Assembly: GCF_006345805.1 (NCBI RefSeq)
Contig: NC_042997.1
Location: 175,708,001 to 175,772,000 of the forward strand
Length of the DNA stretch: 64,000 nucleotides
Direction: 5' to 3'
DNA from: Octopus sinensis
Lineage: Eukaryota
Below the pieces are notes generated by a model, which was not told the DNA's origin, did no database searches, and saw nothing but the letters and a program-made list of their open reading frames with translations. This document shows, one piece after another, positions 14,817 to 28,831 of this stretch (position 1 is its first letter; the number at the start of each line of letters is the position of its first letter). The translations under genes and the position numbers were made by a program.

Positions 14817-15016
14817 CCCTTTCGTTACTGTATTTATTTTGAGATGCTCTGTGCTTCTTTCAGTTACTTTAAATATAACTAAGAATTTAGTAAAATAACT
14901 TAGTTATCATTCAGCTAGTGTTAGGAACATAAATTGTGAAAGATTTTAATTCAAAACTTATGAAAATAAGACATTTGTAGCCAGAGCCAGTTTCAGGCAG
15001 GCTGGTAACGAAAGGG
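14817..15016. mobile_element. piggyBac-like MITE
   Basis: TTAA|ccctttcgttac...gtaacgaaaggg|TTAA. Confidence 0.8.
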
Positions 15017-15980
15017 TTAATATTGTGTTTTTTGGGGGTTTTTTTTAAAGACACTATCCATTATTAAAAGTTACAAGCACAAATCTTGCATTTAGAACAA
15101 ATATAATAATAATAATAATGCAGTACCAGGCTCTCATGGCTTTTGATCTTAACTGATTGGAAAGTTTTATCATGTACATGTTTTGTTTTGGTATAAAAAG
15201 ATGGGCTGCAGCAAATATTCTGCTCAGTACCACAGAGTTGCTTGTCAGTTGCTTGACCGTAAGCAGTTGAGCATATCCCTTGGTGGCTGACAATATGTAC
15301 ATCTCTGATCATGAGCAGAAGTAGTGGGGGAGCCATGTGTTGAGAGGAATTCTTTGGAGTTTCAATAATTCACCTCTGGAAGCATGGATGTTTTGTTCAT
15401 CATCCTTAAACAATTCTAACTGGATCCCACCTACAAGATCATGTGCTGTTTAACTTGATATAAGGTCACCATGTTTGCACATTTGGTTGTGATGCATATG
15501 CCTGGTGTACTGTTATCTGACGGTTAGTCATGATGGGTATATTGGGCTTTGTATATTTGTACCCCAGTGTCACTTTGACATGCGCTACTCTCTTACTCAA
15601 TAGTAATAATCCTTTCTATTATAGGCACTAGGCCTAAAATTTGAGAGGAGAGGGCAAGTTGATTATATCGACCCCAGTGTGTAACTGGTACTTATTTCAT
15701 TGACCCTGAAAGGATGAAAGGCAAAGTTGACCATGGCAGAATTTGAACTCAGAATGTAAAAATGGACAAAATGCCACTAAGCATTTTGCTTGGCATGCTA
15801 ACTATTCTGCCAGCTCTCTGAATAATAATAATAATAATAAATAAATAAATAAAACAATACAAAATCTAATCATTATTTTGTATTCTTCTGCTCTAGTCGG
15901 TAATTGAAATTTAGTTGGAGAGTGCTGCTTCAGAGTTTCTAATGCCAGCCAAAGGATCTGGCCCATATTTCAGAACTAAA

Positions 15981-16483
15981 GGGCCTGATTGAAAAGTATT
16001 ATTTCTGTCACTGAAGGAAATTAGAGCAAACTATATGCAATATCTCTGAATGTAACTATTTTTAACAAACACTATTGAAGGAAATAAGGGGCTATTAACT
16101 GACCTATCAATCTTTTGCACTGCAGAATAGATGTAAGTTATAGACCTGAATGTGTGGCCATTTTTGACTCCTAGCTGCTTTGCTTTATTTATATCATTAT
16201 TGCCCTAGGAGAAATATGGAAATCATACAATCTCATCTCCCACAAATCCCTATGAAATTCTATTACACTATCAATCAGACTTAGTAAGTTTTGTCACAGA
16301 AGGACCATCTGGTATGATTATTAAATAAGGACTAAAGACAAAAGACTGTTCAAGCCCTTGATTGATAGGTCAGTTAATAACCTTATTTCCTTTGATAGTG
16401 TTAGTTATAAATAGTCATATCCAGAGATATTCCATATAGTTTACTTCCTTCCATAACAGAATCAATACTTTTCAATCAGTCCC
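15981..16483. mobile_element. Long-TIR non-autonomous DNA element
   Basis: About 130-bp imperfect inverted arms gggcctgattgaaaagtatt...ctgacctatcaatc / gattgataggtcag...aatacttttcaatcagtccc. Confidence 0.7.
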
Positions 16484-18084
16484 TAAATATTGGGCTACCT
16501 CTATCAAAAGTGATTCCAGTCAGGGTTGAGAAAAGCAAATTAATTTTAAATGCTATTACCACTTTTATTGAGCATTGATTAGATATGAATAACCATGTAA
16601 ACTGTTATCAAAACTATCATAAATCCTTATAGAAGTTTTTCTCTGTTTGCATTGGTTTAGTTACTTTGTGGTTATTGTCGGGAGAAGCACATTTCAGTAA
16701 ATGATGCCTTCAGCATGAAAAGCAATGGTTAGGTCTATGTTAACACATATTGGTCTTATTGTGTCCTCATCCATGAAACATAGACTTCATCATTCTTACT
16801 GGAAAAAAAAAAAAATCACTAAATGTGCAAGATTGTGCTTCAGAAAATGGAACTATTCAAAAAATAAATAATTCAGAAATGCCATCTGCATTGAAATGAA
16901 ATGAATAAATTGTTGGGGGAGCAACCATTAAAAAATGTTAGCTCAACATAATTTTATGATGAAGAAAAAAAATAACATTATTCTATCATTTGCTGTTATT
17001 TTCATATTGAAAATATCTGAATTATTTATCCACTGGACAGATTCTATTTTCGGTGTCAACAACTCTACAACTTTTATTTAATAATCTTTTCATTTCTACT
17101 TTGGCAAGTGAAGATTGTGCTATGCTGATGTGGACATACTAAGACCAAAGCATGTCTGAAGTTTTTTTCTGTACTAACTGAATAAATGAAAATAATGTTA
17201 AATCATTCATCAGTATTGTTTTTTCCCTTCCTGCATAATTAGGTCTAATTAGCATTTCTAATGTTCCTTACATTAAAATAGGTTAATAACAACCTATGTC
17301 AGCAAAGTCAGATGTTTTAATTTAAAAAAATCTTTTAAGGTTATAGTTACTTCAAATTTGTAATAAATCTTTGCTTTCACTTGGTATGACTACAAATATA
17401 TGAAATAGGAAACTTAGAAATTGAAAGTTTACATCTAGAACATAGTAATCTCATGGTTCTAAGGTTTATGTAAAACTTCAATAAATAAAATCCATAGTAG
17501 TTAAGTTTGGCATTGGCAGTAGTTTCAAGATTTAAATTTCAAGCCAACAATAAAACCTCACTGCAGTTACATAATCGTCTCAAAACCACAGACGAATCTC
17601 ATTTCAACCACACAAAAAGGAAAAAAGAAATGTCTATTAATTTTCATGAATGTTGTGCTTAGGTTCCCAACAGCTGCATATGTATGTTTTGTAAGTTCTG
17701 GATTGTTTTGTTTTGTAAATCATAAGAATTAAGATCATAGTATTTCTTGAGTTCATTTCCTGCTTTGGAAGTGTAGGCATTTTGATATTATTTTAGTTTA
17801 AGAAAAAGTAGTGGAGGGAATATAGAGAGAAAGGGTGGTTGTTTAAATATTGGAAGGCATTTAGTTTCACTCCTATTAGTTAAAAGTTCAAATTCTAACT
17901 TGACTTTTATTTTTATTTCTCCAGTGCCAGTAGAAATAAGCAACAAAGAACCTGTAATATACTGATATTAATTCTGTTTGTTGTACCTCCTTTCTCAACA
18001 AATATAAATTAGTTTGTCACTAAACATAAGGAAATGTTATTCTGGGTAATGCTACTATATGCTATGATATTTATTCTCTTATTT

Positions 18085-18311
18085 TTACATAGCTGGCAAA
18101 GCTGGAACTATTTTTAGGGGTTTTTCATCGACATAGTGCCATTTGATAGGCATGGCGTTAGCTTCTGTCTGTCTGGGAAATCCATAATATGCTGTAACAC
18201 ACAGTGGAACGTATTTTCTTAAGAGTTCATCTGCTTGTAATTTGGTAAGCAGTGTATCCACCACTGCTTCTTTCTGTGTTGTGATAGGTATTAGGATTTG
18301 AAATAACCATG
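18085..18311 (-). CDS. Putative last coding exon of the nested gene, WLFQILIPITTQKEAVVDTLLTKLQADELLRKYVPLCVTAYYGFPRQTEANAMPIKWHYVDEKPLKIVPALPAM*
   Basis: 74 stop-free codons after a taacag acceptor in AT-rich DNA; phase 1 matches the donor A|gtaagt at 19001. Confidence 0.6.
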
Positions 18312-20999
18312 CTGTTATTTAGATAATTTCCCAGTACTCATTATTTATTACTGTTTACATGTGATATTTAAAGCCATTGGGGTTGATTCAGTCACTCACC
18401 TACATTACATAGTTGTGCCAAAATTAAAAATCATCATCATTGTCAGTAGCAATAAAGCTAACACAGGCACTTTTGAAGATGTTATAAAATTAAAATGACA
18501 TTAAGAATTGACTGGTGTTTATTTATTTTAGTAGCTGTCAAAGGATAAAATCAGTCAGCTCTGACATGATTTAAACTATAAAGGGTTGCAACTAAAATAC
18601 TGTAAGGCATTTTTGTTTGACCTTGCAGTATTTAATCATACTTCTTCACATTCTGATCATAGTTCTCATCCCCTCCAGCAGTAGAGTATCCATATTATTA
18701 TAGTGAGGTTATTCAGTTGACTATGCCCTACTCTTATAATTTTGTGTCATCATGAAAATTTATCATTGTTTAGTTTTGGACACCTCTAATTAGACCTATG
18801 AAACAAAAAATTCCAACTGTGGTCATCTCTCTTGTAAGATGATGAAAGTGGGATTTGAGGGAGATTTGGTTGCCATATATAGCAGTTTGAGCAACTGTGT
18901 AGGGGCTGCCCCATTAGCTTGTTTGAACAATGTGGCAGTCAACCTGCTATTCCTTTCCTTGTAGCAGTCTTCCTTTGTTCTCTCTCATTAGTTCACTTAC
19001 TCAAGGTAGCTGCTCCTCTTACTCCTTCTGTTTTAGTGACTGTCTAATAAACAAATCCGCTGGTCCATTGCAGTTTGATTTTTTTTGTTTTATATATAAT
19101 ACATGGCTTGTATGCTCTTGTGAAGTACAGAATGAGTGACCTTATTAACCTTAACATTGAGTTAATCAAGAAATACCTAAGTCCTTTGATCAAAATTCAT
19201 GACTACTATTGATTTCATGATAAATAAATACAATTTAATCAGAAGTATATATCGATATTTTTATGGTAAGCAAATACAATCAGAAATATATATTGATAGA
19301 ATTAATTAGAAATATATAAAAAGCAGGTGATATATATTATTGTGTGATTGATTCACCTTATCCTAATGTGAATCACACATAACCAGATTATACTTAATCA
19401 TTTAGATCTTAATCTGTGATTAAGTTGGGCTTTTTTCTATTAAAGCTAGACTTTGACTCAGGCTATCCTAGTTATTAAATTGTAATTCTACATATGACCA
19501 TTGACTCAAATGCTTTGTTTTGTTAATGTTTTATATGCTTCTATGTTTATTAATATGTATACATACTTTTATAATATTAGTATTTCTTTAATGATTTACA
19601 TACAAGCTCATACATATGCTTTGTACATCTAAACTAAATCAATAGCAAAACTAAGAGTGGTATACTCAATCAGTTACAAGGTTTAAACTTTGAGCCAGTG
19701 AGAGTCACTCAACCTGCTAGAAATAGCAATTAAATCTCTCTCAAATCTTGACTTCTGACACATGTGCACGCACACATGCATACACACAGAAGGTAAGAGT
19801 GTATCGGATAACATACACCTTCTGAATGAGTTGTTCATAACAAACACCTTTGATCATAAAATGGATGATCTGAGGCTAAGTAATTACTCAGGAAAGTGCT
19901 AAAATTATCTATAAACTTCTATTAAATAAAATCATCTAATGCTATATTCCTTGTTGCCTCTGTATGTGTGTGTGTATGTAAAAGACTTATGATGAATTGC
20001 TGATATAAAAGACAAAGATGGGAAAGATAAGTTGGAAATCCACTGCTCTACTATAAATAATCCTTTCTACTATAGGCACAATGCCTGAAATTTGCAGGGA
20101 GAACCTACTGATGTTTATCAACCCCCTAGTGTTCAACTGGTACTTATTTCATTGACTTCAAAAGGATGAAAAGCAAAGTCAACCTCAGCAGAGTTTGAAC
20201 CCCAAACAGTAGTAATATGATAATAATAACAACCTTACAGTGTCAAAGGGAAAGAACATTAACAATAGAAATACATACATGATCTTAGACAAAAGAGAAA
20301 AAAGCATCACTAAATTAGCAACTGCTTTTGGAACAATTGAAAACATTTAAACTGGACCATTTAAAGCACAAATTAGAAAGAGCATTTTGTTCTTAGAGAT
20401 AACACCCTGCTAACACCACTGTTTCTACCAGCTACTACCTACTCTTTTCTCTTTATTTGGGATGTCCTGAGGGACGACCTAAATAGATAGACTTTGTTCA
20501 TTTACAGTACAGATAATCTGCAAGAAAATTTGTCTCAAATGTATCATTCCTAATTACTTCCTCTTGTATGTGTTTATGCAGTATTGTGCATCAATATGTA
20601 TATATGTATGAATGTACATATGTATGTACATGCACACTCACACAGACATAGAATCTTTGTATGTAGGATGGATACGATTTTGTTTAAATTGGTGCTTGCT
20701 TCAGTTATACTTTGATAGTATGTTTCCATATATATGTTTTATCACTGTCCACCACCACATCCTCTTATCATAATTAGCTTCATCAAATCAGCTGTTTGAT
20801 GTATTTTATATAAGTTTGTAAATTCACCTCTTTCCAACTAATTCACTCCTATAAAATTTATGAGAAGCATGCCTGCTCTTCTATTCTATATATTCACTAC
20901 AATCAATCTAAAAAACTTCCATGTCTTTAAGTTCTTTCTGTGCACATTACCTATTAATAGTAGTGCAGTAGTTTCTTTCAAGTATAAAATATAAAGTTC

Positions 21000-21400
21000 T
21001 TTGCCAACAGGAAGGCAGTCATGTTTTATATATATGAAGGGAATAAGCAAGAAATTGATAGTACACCTGGTGCACTGTGTACTCAAAATATGAAGTCATC
21101 CTCAGCAGACTGATGGAGAACAAGAACTTTAGATGCATTTAAGTGGTTAACAGCAGAAATGTTATTGAAATGAAGTCAGTGAATAGCTTAGATGGATTGC
21201 TAGATGTAGTTGATAACTTCTGTTACTTAGGTTCTGGAATGAAGGTAGCAAATGTATAGTTGAAATGGTGTAAAAAGCTCAGGGAAATGTTGAGATATTG
21301 GCTTTGTTAGCAAGAAAGTCTCTCTTGTTTGAAGAGATACTATGAATTGTGTAAGACATGTTATGTTGCATGTTAGAGACACAGGAACATTGAATTTTGA
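21000..21400 (+). mobile_element. Highly decayed RTE-like ORF fragment
   Basis: Encodes LDVVDNFCYLGS, similar to the post-RT (E)VVDxFxYLG motif. Confidence 0.45.
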
Positions 21401-22760
21401 AAATAACAGCCAAAAGCAAATGAGATAGACAGGCATTGGATATGGTTAACTGTACCTATATAACTGGCATAGTGTACTTAAAATATACAATATATTTTGG
21501 AACTGTTTCAGTCATCATCAAGAGATCATTCATTTAAGAGGTGATGTAACAAGCTAGTTAGACTATAAACCTTCTCAAATAGGATCCATGTTAAGTTGAA
21601 AGCAAGCAACCAATTATAAATTTGACTTAATGACTATTGGAAGAACCATTTATTTAAAGGGCGCATCACATAAAAGTCAGCATTTGCAAACTTTTTTTTT
21701 TTTGCCTATCCACTATAAAACCTATAAAATAATATATATATCATTGCCCTTTAATTTGTCTTTTGTCAAAGTGGGAAAAATGGTCTGTTTGCACAATGTT
21801 TTACTAATAGTTCTACTTAGATTATAATAGCTTGTTGATATTTTGACTTTTTTCTCTTTGCAACTAAAACTGGATATTTGAGTTAAACTGAATGTTTCTG
21901 TACATTCAATGAAGCTAGTATTAAATGACTTGATTGAATATTTTTTATCTCTTGAGATAATGCCATAGATTTGTAGGGGCTGGTTATAGCCAGTTAAATT
22001 GATTTCCAATATATTGGCAATATTCTTTTATCATCAATTAGCAGAGACACCCAGTGTTGCTCAGGATTTAAATAGCATAGTTTGTATATATGGTACAGTT
22101 AAGTTGAAAGGTGATATGGGGAAGTAGAGCATTGAATACGAAACATTTATGGAGTAAATGAAGGGCTAACTCGATTAAGTGTCATGTCCTGCATCTATTT
22201 GGAAGATTCCAGGCCCTAACCTTGTTTTGGAAAAGTGGGTGGGGATATGTGATTTTTGAATGCACCAAAAAGCTCTCAGTGGATACATTGTCCTTTGCGA
22301 CTGTTGGCGCTGCCACTACCACACTGAACAATCAGCAGACATAGGAACTACATCTATATGATAAATTAAGCCTGTGGGCACGCTCAACAGTACCACATGA
22401 GAGAAATCTACATGAAGAAATGATAATATATAGAAAGGTGGAGAAATTAAAATAAATACATCATCAAGAGTAACGTTCCTTGAACCAACAAAGCAACCAA
22501 GTTATGCAATTGTTTGTATTGTTTACTCAGGAAAGGGGGTTTTCTGTCCCAGGGACCCCATTACTCATTATGTGAAAAATTTTAAGAGCCTAAAACCATC
22601 TCTAGAACATAAGTAGTTTATGTTCCCTGTTTGGAGAAAATCAGTTGCAAACTTCAGAAGTTATGCTGGTTTACACACACACACATATCCTCAGTTTATA
22701 TATATATATATATATGTTCGCTTGGCAGGATTTGAACTCAGAACATTTGCTCTCTCTCTC

Positions 22761-22790
<30 letters not shown>

Positions 22791-22791
<1 letters not shown>

Positions 22792-23140
22792 GGCTGTGTG
22801 GTAAGTAACTTGCTTACCAACCACATGGCTCCAGGTTCAGTCCCACTGTGTAGCACCTTGAGCAAATGTCTTCTACTATGGCCTTGGGCCAACCAAAGCC
22901 TTGTGAATGGATTTGGTAGATGGAAACTGATAGAAGCCCATCACATATATGTATATGTGTGTGTGTCTGTGTTTGTCCCCCTACCAACATCACTTGACAA
23001 CCAATGCTGGTGCGTTTATGTCCCTGTAACTTAGCAGTTCGGCATAAGAGACCGATAGAATAAGTACTAGGCTTACAAAGACTAAGTCCTGATGAAAGGT
23101 GGCACACCAACATGACTGAAACAAGTAAAAGAATAAAAGA
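22791..23140 (+). mobile_element. tRNA-derived SINE, family A
   Basis: Box A tggctgtgtgg, box B ggttcagtccc, core ccttgagcaaatgtcttctactat; internal TA/GT tract; tail ctgaaacaagtaaaagaataaaaga. Confidence 0.8.
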
Positions 23141-24980
23141 ATATACATATTGTTTAGAGCTCAAACAATTCTACCATCTGCTCAGACATTATTTTATGCT
23201 TTAGGCATCTTTATTGCTTCACAAAACTGATTGGTGCTTGCAGCAATAATAATAATACAACTGTTACTCTATGAGATTGTTGCAATCATACAATGGATAA
23301 CTGTTATTCAACAATTTTACAATATATTCTAGAAATTTTGCTATTCTAACCATTCAAAATAGGAAGGTTTTTTTTATAAATACAGGGGTCAGATGACAAA
23401 AAAGATTTAGAGAGAAGGGCGAAAAAAAAAACAAGAGAATCTTACATTAAAAGGAAGATTGGAAACGGGGAAAGAAACTAGATTAGTATGGAGAGCAAAA
23501 GTGAATGAATGAAAAAAACTTATATAGCTGAATTAAAAATCAATGATACAAAAGATATATAGTTAATGTTTAAATTCTGTAATATTTGAAAAACAAGATA
23601 TAATATAAAATTTGTAATGGAAACATATTTTGATTTTTGTTTTATTATTTTACTTTCTTTACAAAACAACTCCCTAGAGGAAAAAAATTTTAGTATCACT
23701 TTTTTTCATTTTCACTTTTACAAGTTTCAGCCATCCATTTGAGATACTGTTATAATTTTTAAAGATGTTTTTAACCTAGTTATTGTATAAATGCAATTAG
23801 TTCCATATATTTCTGTTGTTTGTAACAAGTATAATGCAATGCTGCCTTCCACCAAGTTTCCACTATACCAGATAATCCGTGTTCCAACAAGCCAGCCAGG
23901 TTTGGAAATATGTAGCACACTTAGTCATGCACTTAATATTATACCAAGAGCATGTTCTGTCTTGTTTGCTGTCTAGACCAACTAGACTGGGTTTCTTGAA
24001 GGAAAACATTGTACAGAGTTTGAGCCTGCTATAAAAATGACATAAATACTGTTTGAAAACTAGTGCCATATATAGATTCATTTGAATACGAGGCTTCTTT
24101 ATTCCACTGCATGTTTTGAGATCTATTTTGTTTTTTTGTACATTCTTTCTACAGTCTTGGAGAACATGCTACAGAAAGATGACCAAGTGAAATCTTGTCT
24201 TCAGACAAATGCATAAATTTTAGTATTGAGTATTTGTCTCTCATTAGTACAGACAGTTTTTGTCATCTCTACTTATTTGTTCCTACTTACATATTCAACT
24301 ACACAACAGACAAGAGACCACGAGATTCCAGTACCCTAGTTTATAGAGAACCTTATTTCAGTCGAAACAGCTACACTCTGGCAGCTGAAATTGTGTTCCC
24401 TCAACAAATCATACACTTTTTCACAGTAAAAGTAAAATATATTTTTAAATATTAATTTTGCTATTCATATACTGTGCAGTCTTATCTAAAGTTATTCTTG
24501 GAAATTGTTTTTTAAGAAAATACTCATGCACGCGCACAATATTTTATCATCCAAGTAACAGCTTATTGGGGCTTCAAAAACATCATTGCTGACAAAACTT
24601 AAACATCAGTCAGAAAAGCTATATAATATAGTAGCAGAATTCATGTTATTTCTTTCATCTCTTTTGACTGTAGTTTAGGCATTCTTTGAAAGTGACATTT
24701 AGATATATCATCGCCACCAGCAACGTTACCATTATCATCATCACCCATAACTTGTTGGCATAAGGTTCTCAGTTTTATTTTCATTTTATTTCATTTCATT
24801 TCATGAATTTTAATTTCATTATATGAATTGATGAGCACTGCCAAAAACAATAAATATTTTCTCGAAGTATCACAATCTAACACAAACACACACACTATCT
24901 CTCTATCTCTATCTCTCTCTCTCTCTTAATATCTAGACTATGTAGTATTCTGTTCACATCATCACTCTTTTTCTTTTCAG

Positions 24981-24989
24981 TCTCCACTG
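24981..24989 (+). CDS. Candidate 9-nt microexon (TCTCCACTG, x-S-T-G) of the CTL gene
   Basis: Strong tract ctctttttcttttcag; donor G|gtacaa, the same hexamer as the donor at 59324; phase 1-1; supplies the Gly of the conserved G-x-P-x-x-YDP motif. Confidence 0.4.
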
Positions 24990-25382
24990 GTACAAGACAA
25001 TAAATCAAATTCTTCTATCATTCTTTGACAGTGGGTGGAAAAGTATTTGTCAGACTGTGATAAGGAAGACTTAGAAAACATAATCTATGTCTTTACACAA
25101 CTGTTTAACTTCTTAAACATTCTAGATAAAATAATCAGAAAATGGTGAATGGGGTATATATATATATATATGTGTACATTTGTCACAATTGGGGAAAATC
25201 TCATCTTACTCATGTCTTTTCACTAAAGACTCGCCTAAAACATCTTGTAACAAACCTTAATCTATTATTCTCACCCAACTTGAATCTGAGTATTTATCTT
25301 TGGACTAAAAAAAAAAAAAGTCTAATATTATTTTATCTAAATTTAATAACCCAGCCTATTCTTGTTTTTCTTTCTTTTAAAG

Positions 25383-25431
25383 GTCCACCTATTGCCTATG
25401 ATCCAACTTTCAGAGGTCCAGTAAAAAGCAG
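25383..25431 (+). CDS. SLC44A2: Choline transporter-like (SLC44A2/4/5 group) exon, GPPIAYDPTFRGPVKSR
   Basis: 49-nt exon, aag|...|gtaagg; matches the family N-terminal YDPxFxGPxxxR motif. Confidence 0.92.
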
Positions 25432-25602
25432 GTAAGGATATTTTACACTGGAGAGAGAGAGAGAGAAATCTTTTGTATATTGCTTTGAGAATTGGAAAAC
25501 TACCTTGTAATGAGCATAACTCCCAGATAGATATGAGATCCAGCTTGGTAACATTTTTTTTTTAAATCTGTAATACTGTATAATTATATATGTGTGTGTT
25601 TA

Positions 25603-25876
25603 TCATCATCATTATACATCTGTTTTCCATGCTGGCATGGGTTGGATGGTTTGACCAAGAACTGGTAAGCCCAGGAGCTGCACCAGATTCCAGTCTAATT
25701 TGGTATGATGTCTACAGTTGGATGCCCTTCCTATCATCATCATCATCATCATTTAGCGTCCGCTTTCCATGCTAGCATGGGTTGGACGGTTCAACTGGCG
25801 TCTGGGAAGCCAGAAGGCTGTACCAGGCCCAGTCTGATCTGGCAATGTTTCTACGGCTGGATGCCCTTCCTAACAC
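25603..25876 (-). mobile_element. Two tandem RTE-like 3' end fragments
   Basis: Two copies of (cat)n...ttccatgct(g/a)gcatgggttgga...ggatgcccttcct. Confidence 0.7.
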
Positions 25877-25887
25877 CTATATATATA

Positions 25888-26281
25888 TTACTCTTTACTC
25901 TTTTACTCTTTTACTTGTTTCAGTCATTTGACTGTGGCCATGCTGGAGCACCGCCTTTAGTCGAGCAAATCAACCCCGGGACTTATTCTTTGTAAGCCCA
26001 GTACTTATTCTATCGGTCTCTTTTGCCGAACCGCTAAGTGACGGGGACGTAAACACACCAGCATCGGTTGTCAAGCAATGCTAGGGGGACAAACACAGAC
26101 ACACACACTTATATATATATACATATATACGACAGGCTTCTTTCAGTTTCCGTCTACCAAATCCACTCACAAGGCATTGGTCGGCCCGGAGCTATAGCAG
26201 AAGACACTTGCCCAAGATGCCACGCAGTGGGACTGAACCCAGAACCATGTGGTTGGTTAGCAAGCTACTTACCACACAGCC
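25888..26281 (-). mobile_element. tRNA-derived SINE, family A
   Basis: Reverse complement of the 60601 copy; (tactctt)n tail. Confidence 0.85.
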
Positions 26282-26454
26282 AATATTAATTAGAGACAAA
26301 ACCACTATTATGCAAATCAAAAAAAGAAAGACTTAATCCAATACATAAAAAATTTTATATAAATTAAATAAAATTAAGTTATATAAAATTTTTTATGTAT
26401 TAAGTCTTTCTTTGTTTGATTTGCATAATAGTGGTTTTGTCTCTAATTAATATT
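26282..26454. repeat. Near-perfect long palindrome (about 75-bp arms)
   Basis: aatattaattagagacaaaaccactattatgcaaatcaaa... followed by its reverse complement after a short AT loop. Confidence 0.9.
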
Positions 26455-26535
26455 ATATAATATTTTACTATAAAATTGGATTCAATCCTAAATCTGATTT
26501 TCCCTGTAAATTTGGATTTATTCCCTAATATTTAT

Positions 26536-26609
<74 letters not shown>

Positions 26610-28786
26610 ATATATATATAAGAGAGAGAGGGAGTGTGTGTGTGTGTAAAGTGTATGCTTGAACAGTATTGAATTTTGATGTAAAATCTAAAGTCTTCAA
26701 TACACATTTGTACAGCATTGAATATATGTTTAGTAATGCTTTCATGCATTTGGTGACCAGTATTGAAATCATAATGTGGATGTAACAACAATTACTAAAT
26801 GCACATTTAGATATATAAGCATACTTAACTCAGTCTTTGGTTTGTTCAATCTCAGTCAAACACTTGTGTAAGTGAAGATGTGGATATATTAAGAGGAGAA
26901 AAAAGAATTTGGATTATTGTATTTCATGTCTTAGAAGGTGCACAAGCTTTTAACAAAGCTCAATTTCAACAGTTTTCTATTTTTGCCCTACCATCTGTCA
27001 AGCTATTTTAACATTTCTCATTTTAAAATCATAACCTTTGTATTATATAACTAAGGTGTTCCTCACCCACTGTCATGTATTTCAGTTATATTCTAAAATA
27101 TTCTTAAATGTAAACACATTTCTTAAAACAACTCTGACATGTATTGTTATATTGAAATGATGTTTTGCATACAACTTTAAAAAATGGTTCTTGTACGAAT
27201 CTGTTTTGGACTTTTTGTCTCCAAAACTACTCTATTTACGCAACTGTGAACAAAATTCAATGACTTGTTATTCCTCTCCTCATTCATTTTATCAAAACCA
27301 GGATCACTACAAAGGAACAAAAACACACCTTTTGGTCATAATCTTAAGAATCTAATTCTAAAAATGTAGAATGATAATAAAGCTCTGTGTGCTTAATTGG
27401 ATAAAGTTATTTTTAAGGGTTGGTTAATAATTTTATTCAAAAGAAGATTGATTGCACTGTCTGAAATGCCATCACACTCCCCAAGGTGCTCTAGGTTGCT
27501 ACCAAACATAAGTAACAGAAAAAGCAAAATAACATTTTACCCTATTTACCTGCCAGCTGTACATGTTACAGATAGACAGTCTGCTCGGCTTCTCTTCTCT
27601 TCTCTTCAAATGGTTCTTACACTCCCTCTTTTCAGTTGCTCCCAACACTTCTCTTTTTTTTTTTTTTAAGAACTTGTATTCATCTCTTGATATAAACATC
27701 TAGTTATATAGGACATATAGTATTTCTTTATAATATATTTATAATTATATTATAAAGTAATACTTAATTTATTTAATCAAATCTATTAATTGTGAAACTT
27801 TTTTTTAATTCATAAAGAATTGCTGTTATGAAATTCAGCCAATAATTTTAAACCAGATTTATTAGAAATTTATGGTGATATAATTATCAATTATTTAATG
27901 CAATTAATTTGCTTATTTTATCCAATATAACATTACCCAATTCTCTTAGAATAGTAAATATTTCTTCCTTTGAAGAAAGCAGGGATATGATCAGATGTTG
28001 CTCTTAATCACCATTTAATTGTTGGTAGTTAAACAGTCAACTAATTAATTCAAGTTCTGGATTGTTAGCATGTACTCTGTGGTCTTTAAGATAGTGAAAT
28101 TGGAGTTTTGTATAGCATTATGCACCTTTAAATATATTGACATTCATTACATTTTTCTGCACTTATATATCCATCATTTGAGTGAAATAGATAATTAGAT
28201 TAATAATTCTTGTGTATATGTTAATACTAGATGTATGTTTGTGTATGTAATGATAATATTGGAGGTGTATTTGTTGAGAAATAAACCAAAAAAAAAAAAA
28301 AGAGAGAGAGAGAGAGAGAGAGTAACGGTGGGAAGCAGCTGGAGAGGATTATGTCTTCTTGCTTAAGTGACAATAATCCATGAGACCCATTGTGTTTGAA
28401 GCTAGTTTTAAGGATATAGGTTAATAAACATCTGTCATAAAGAAACATCCCAATACTTCAATTTTATTAAAACTTCATTACAATTTTCAAGAAGAATTAT
28501 GCAATAAATGATGTTTCAGAATAATTGGATTTACAGAAGAAACTGAAGAGGGTAACATTTTGTTCAGTTCACCTAGATGAATGAACAGGTCACATGTTTT
28601 CGTGAGATAATTTAGTTATCCATCAGCATTAGACCAGCATTATGTTTAGGTGAAAATTTTATCACTCCTCCACTCAACTGCTAGTGAAACTGAAAAAGAA
28701 CTTTTTACTGGCTCTTTTAAAAAGCATTTCCCTTCTGGTTAGTAAAAGAATTAATCTTTGAATAGAGTTTGCTACATTAAAAAAGT

Positions 28787-28831
<45 letters not shown>

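Noticed and set aside
18093-18244. Apparent + strand exon (tacatag|...|gtaagc)
   Set aside because: Stop codon in the required frame; the region is better explained by the open minus-strand frame
24155-24186. + strand acceptor ttctacag followed by an ATG
   Set aside because: No phase-1 donor, and all frames close quickly
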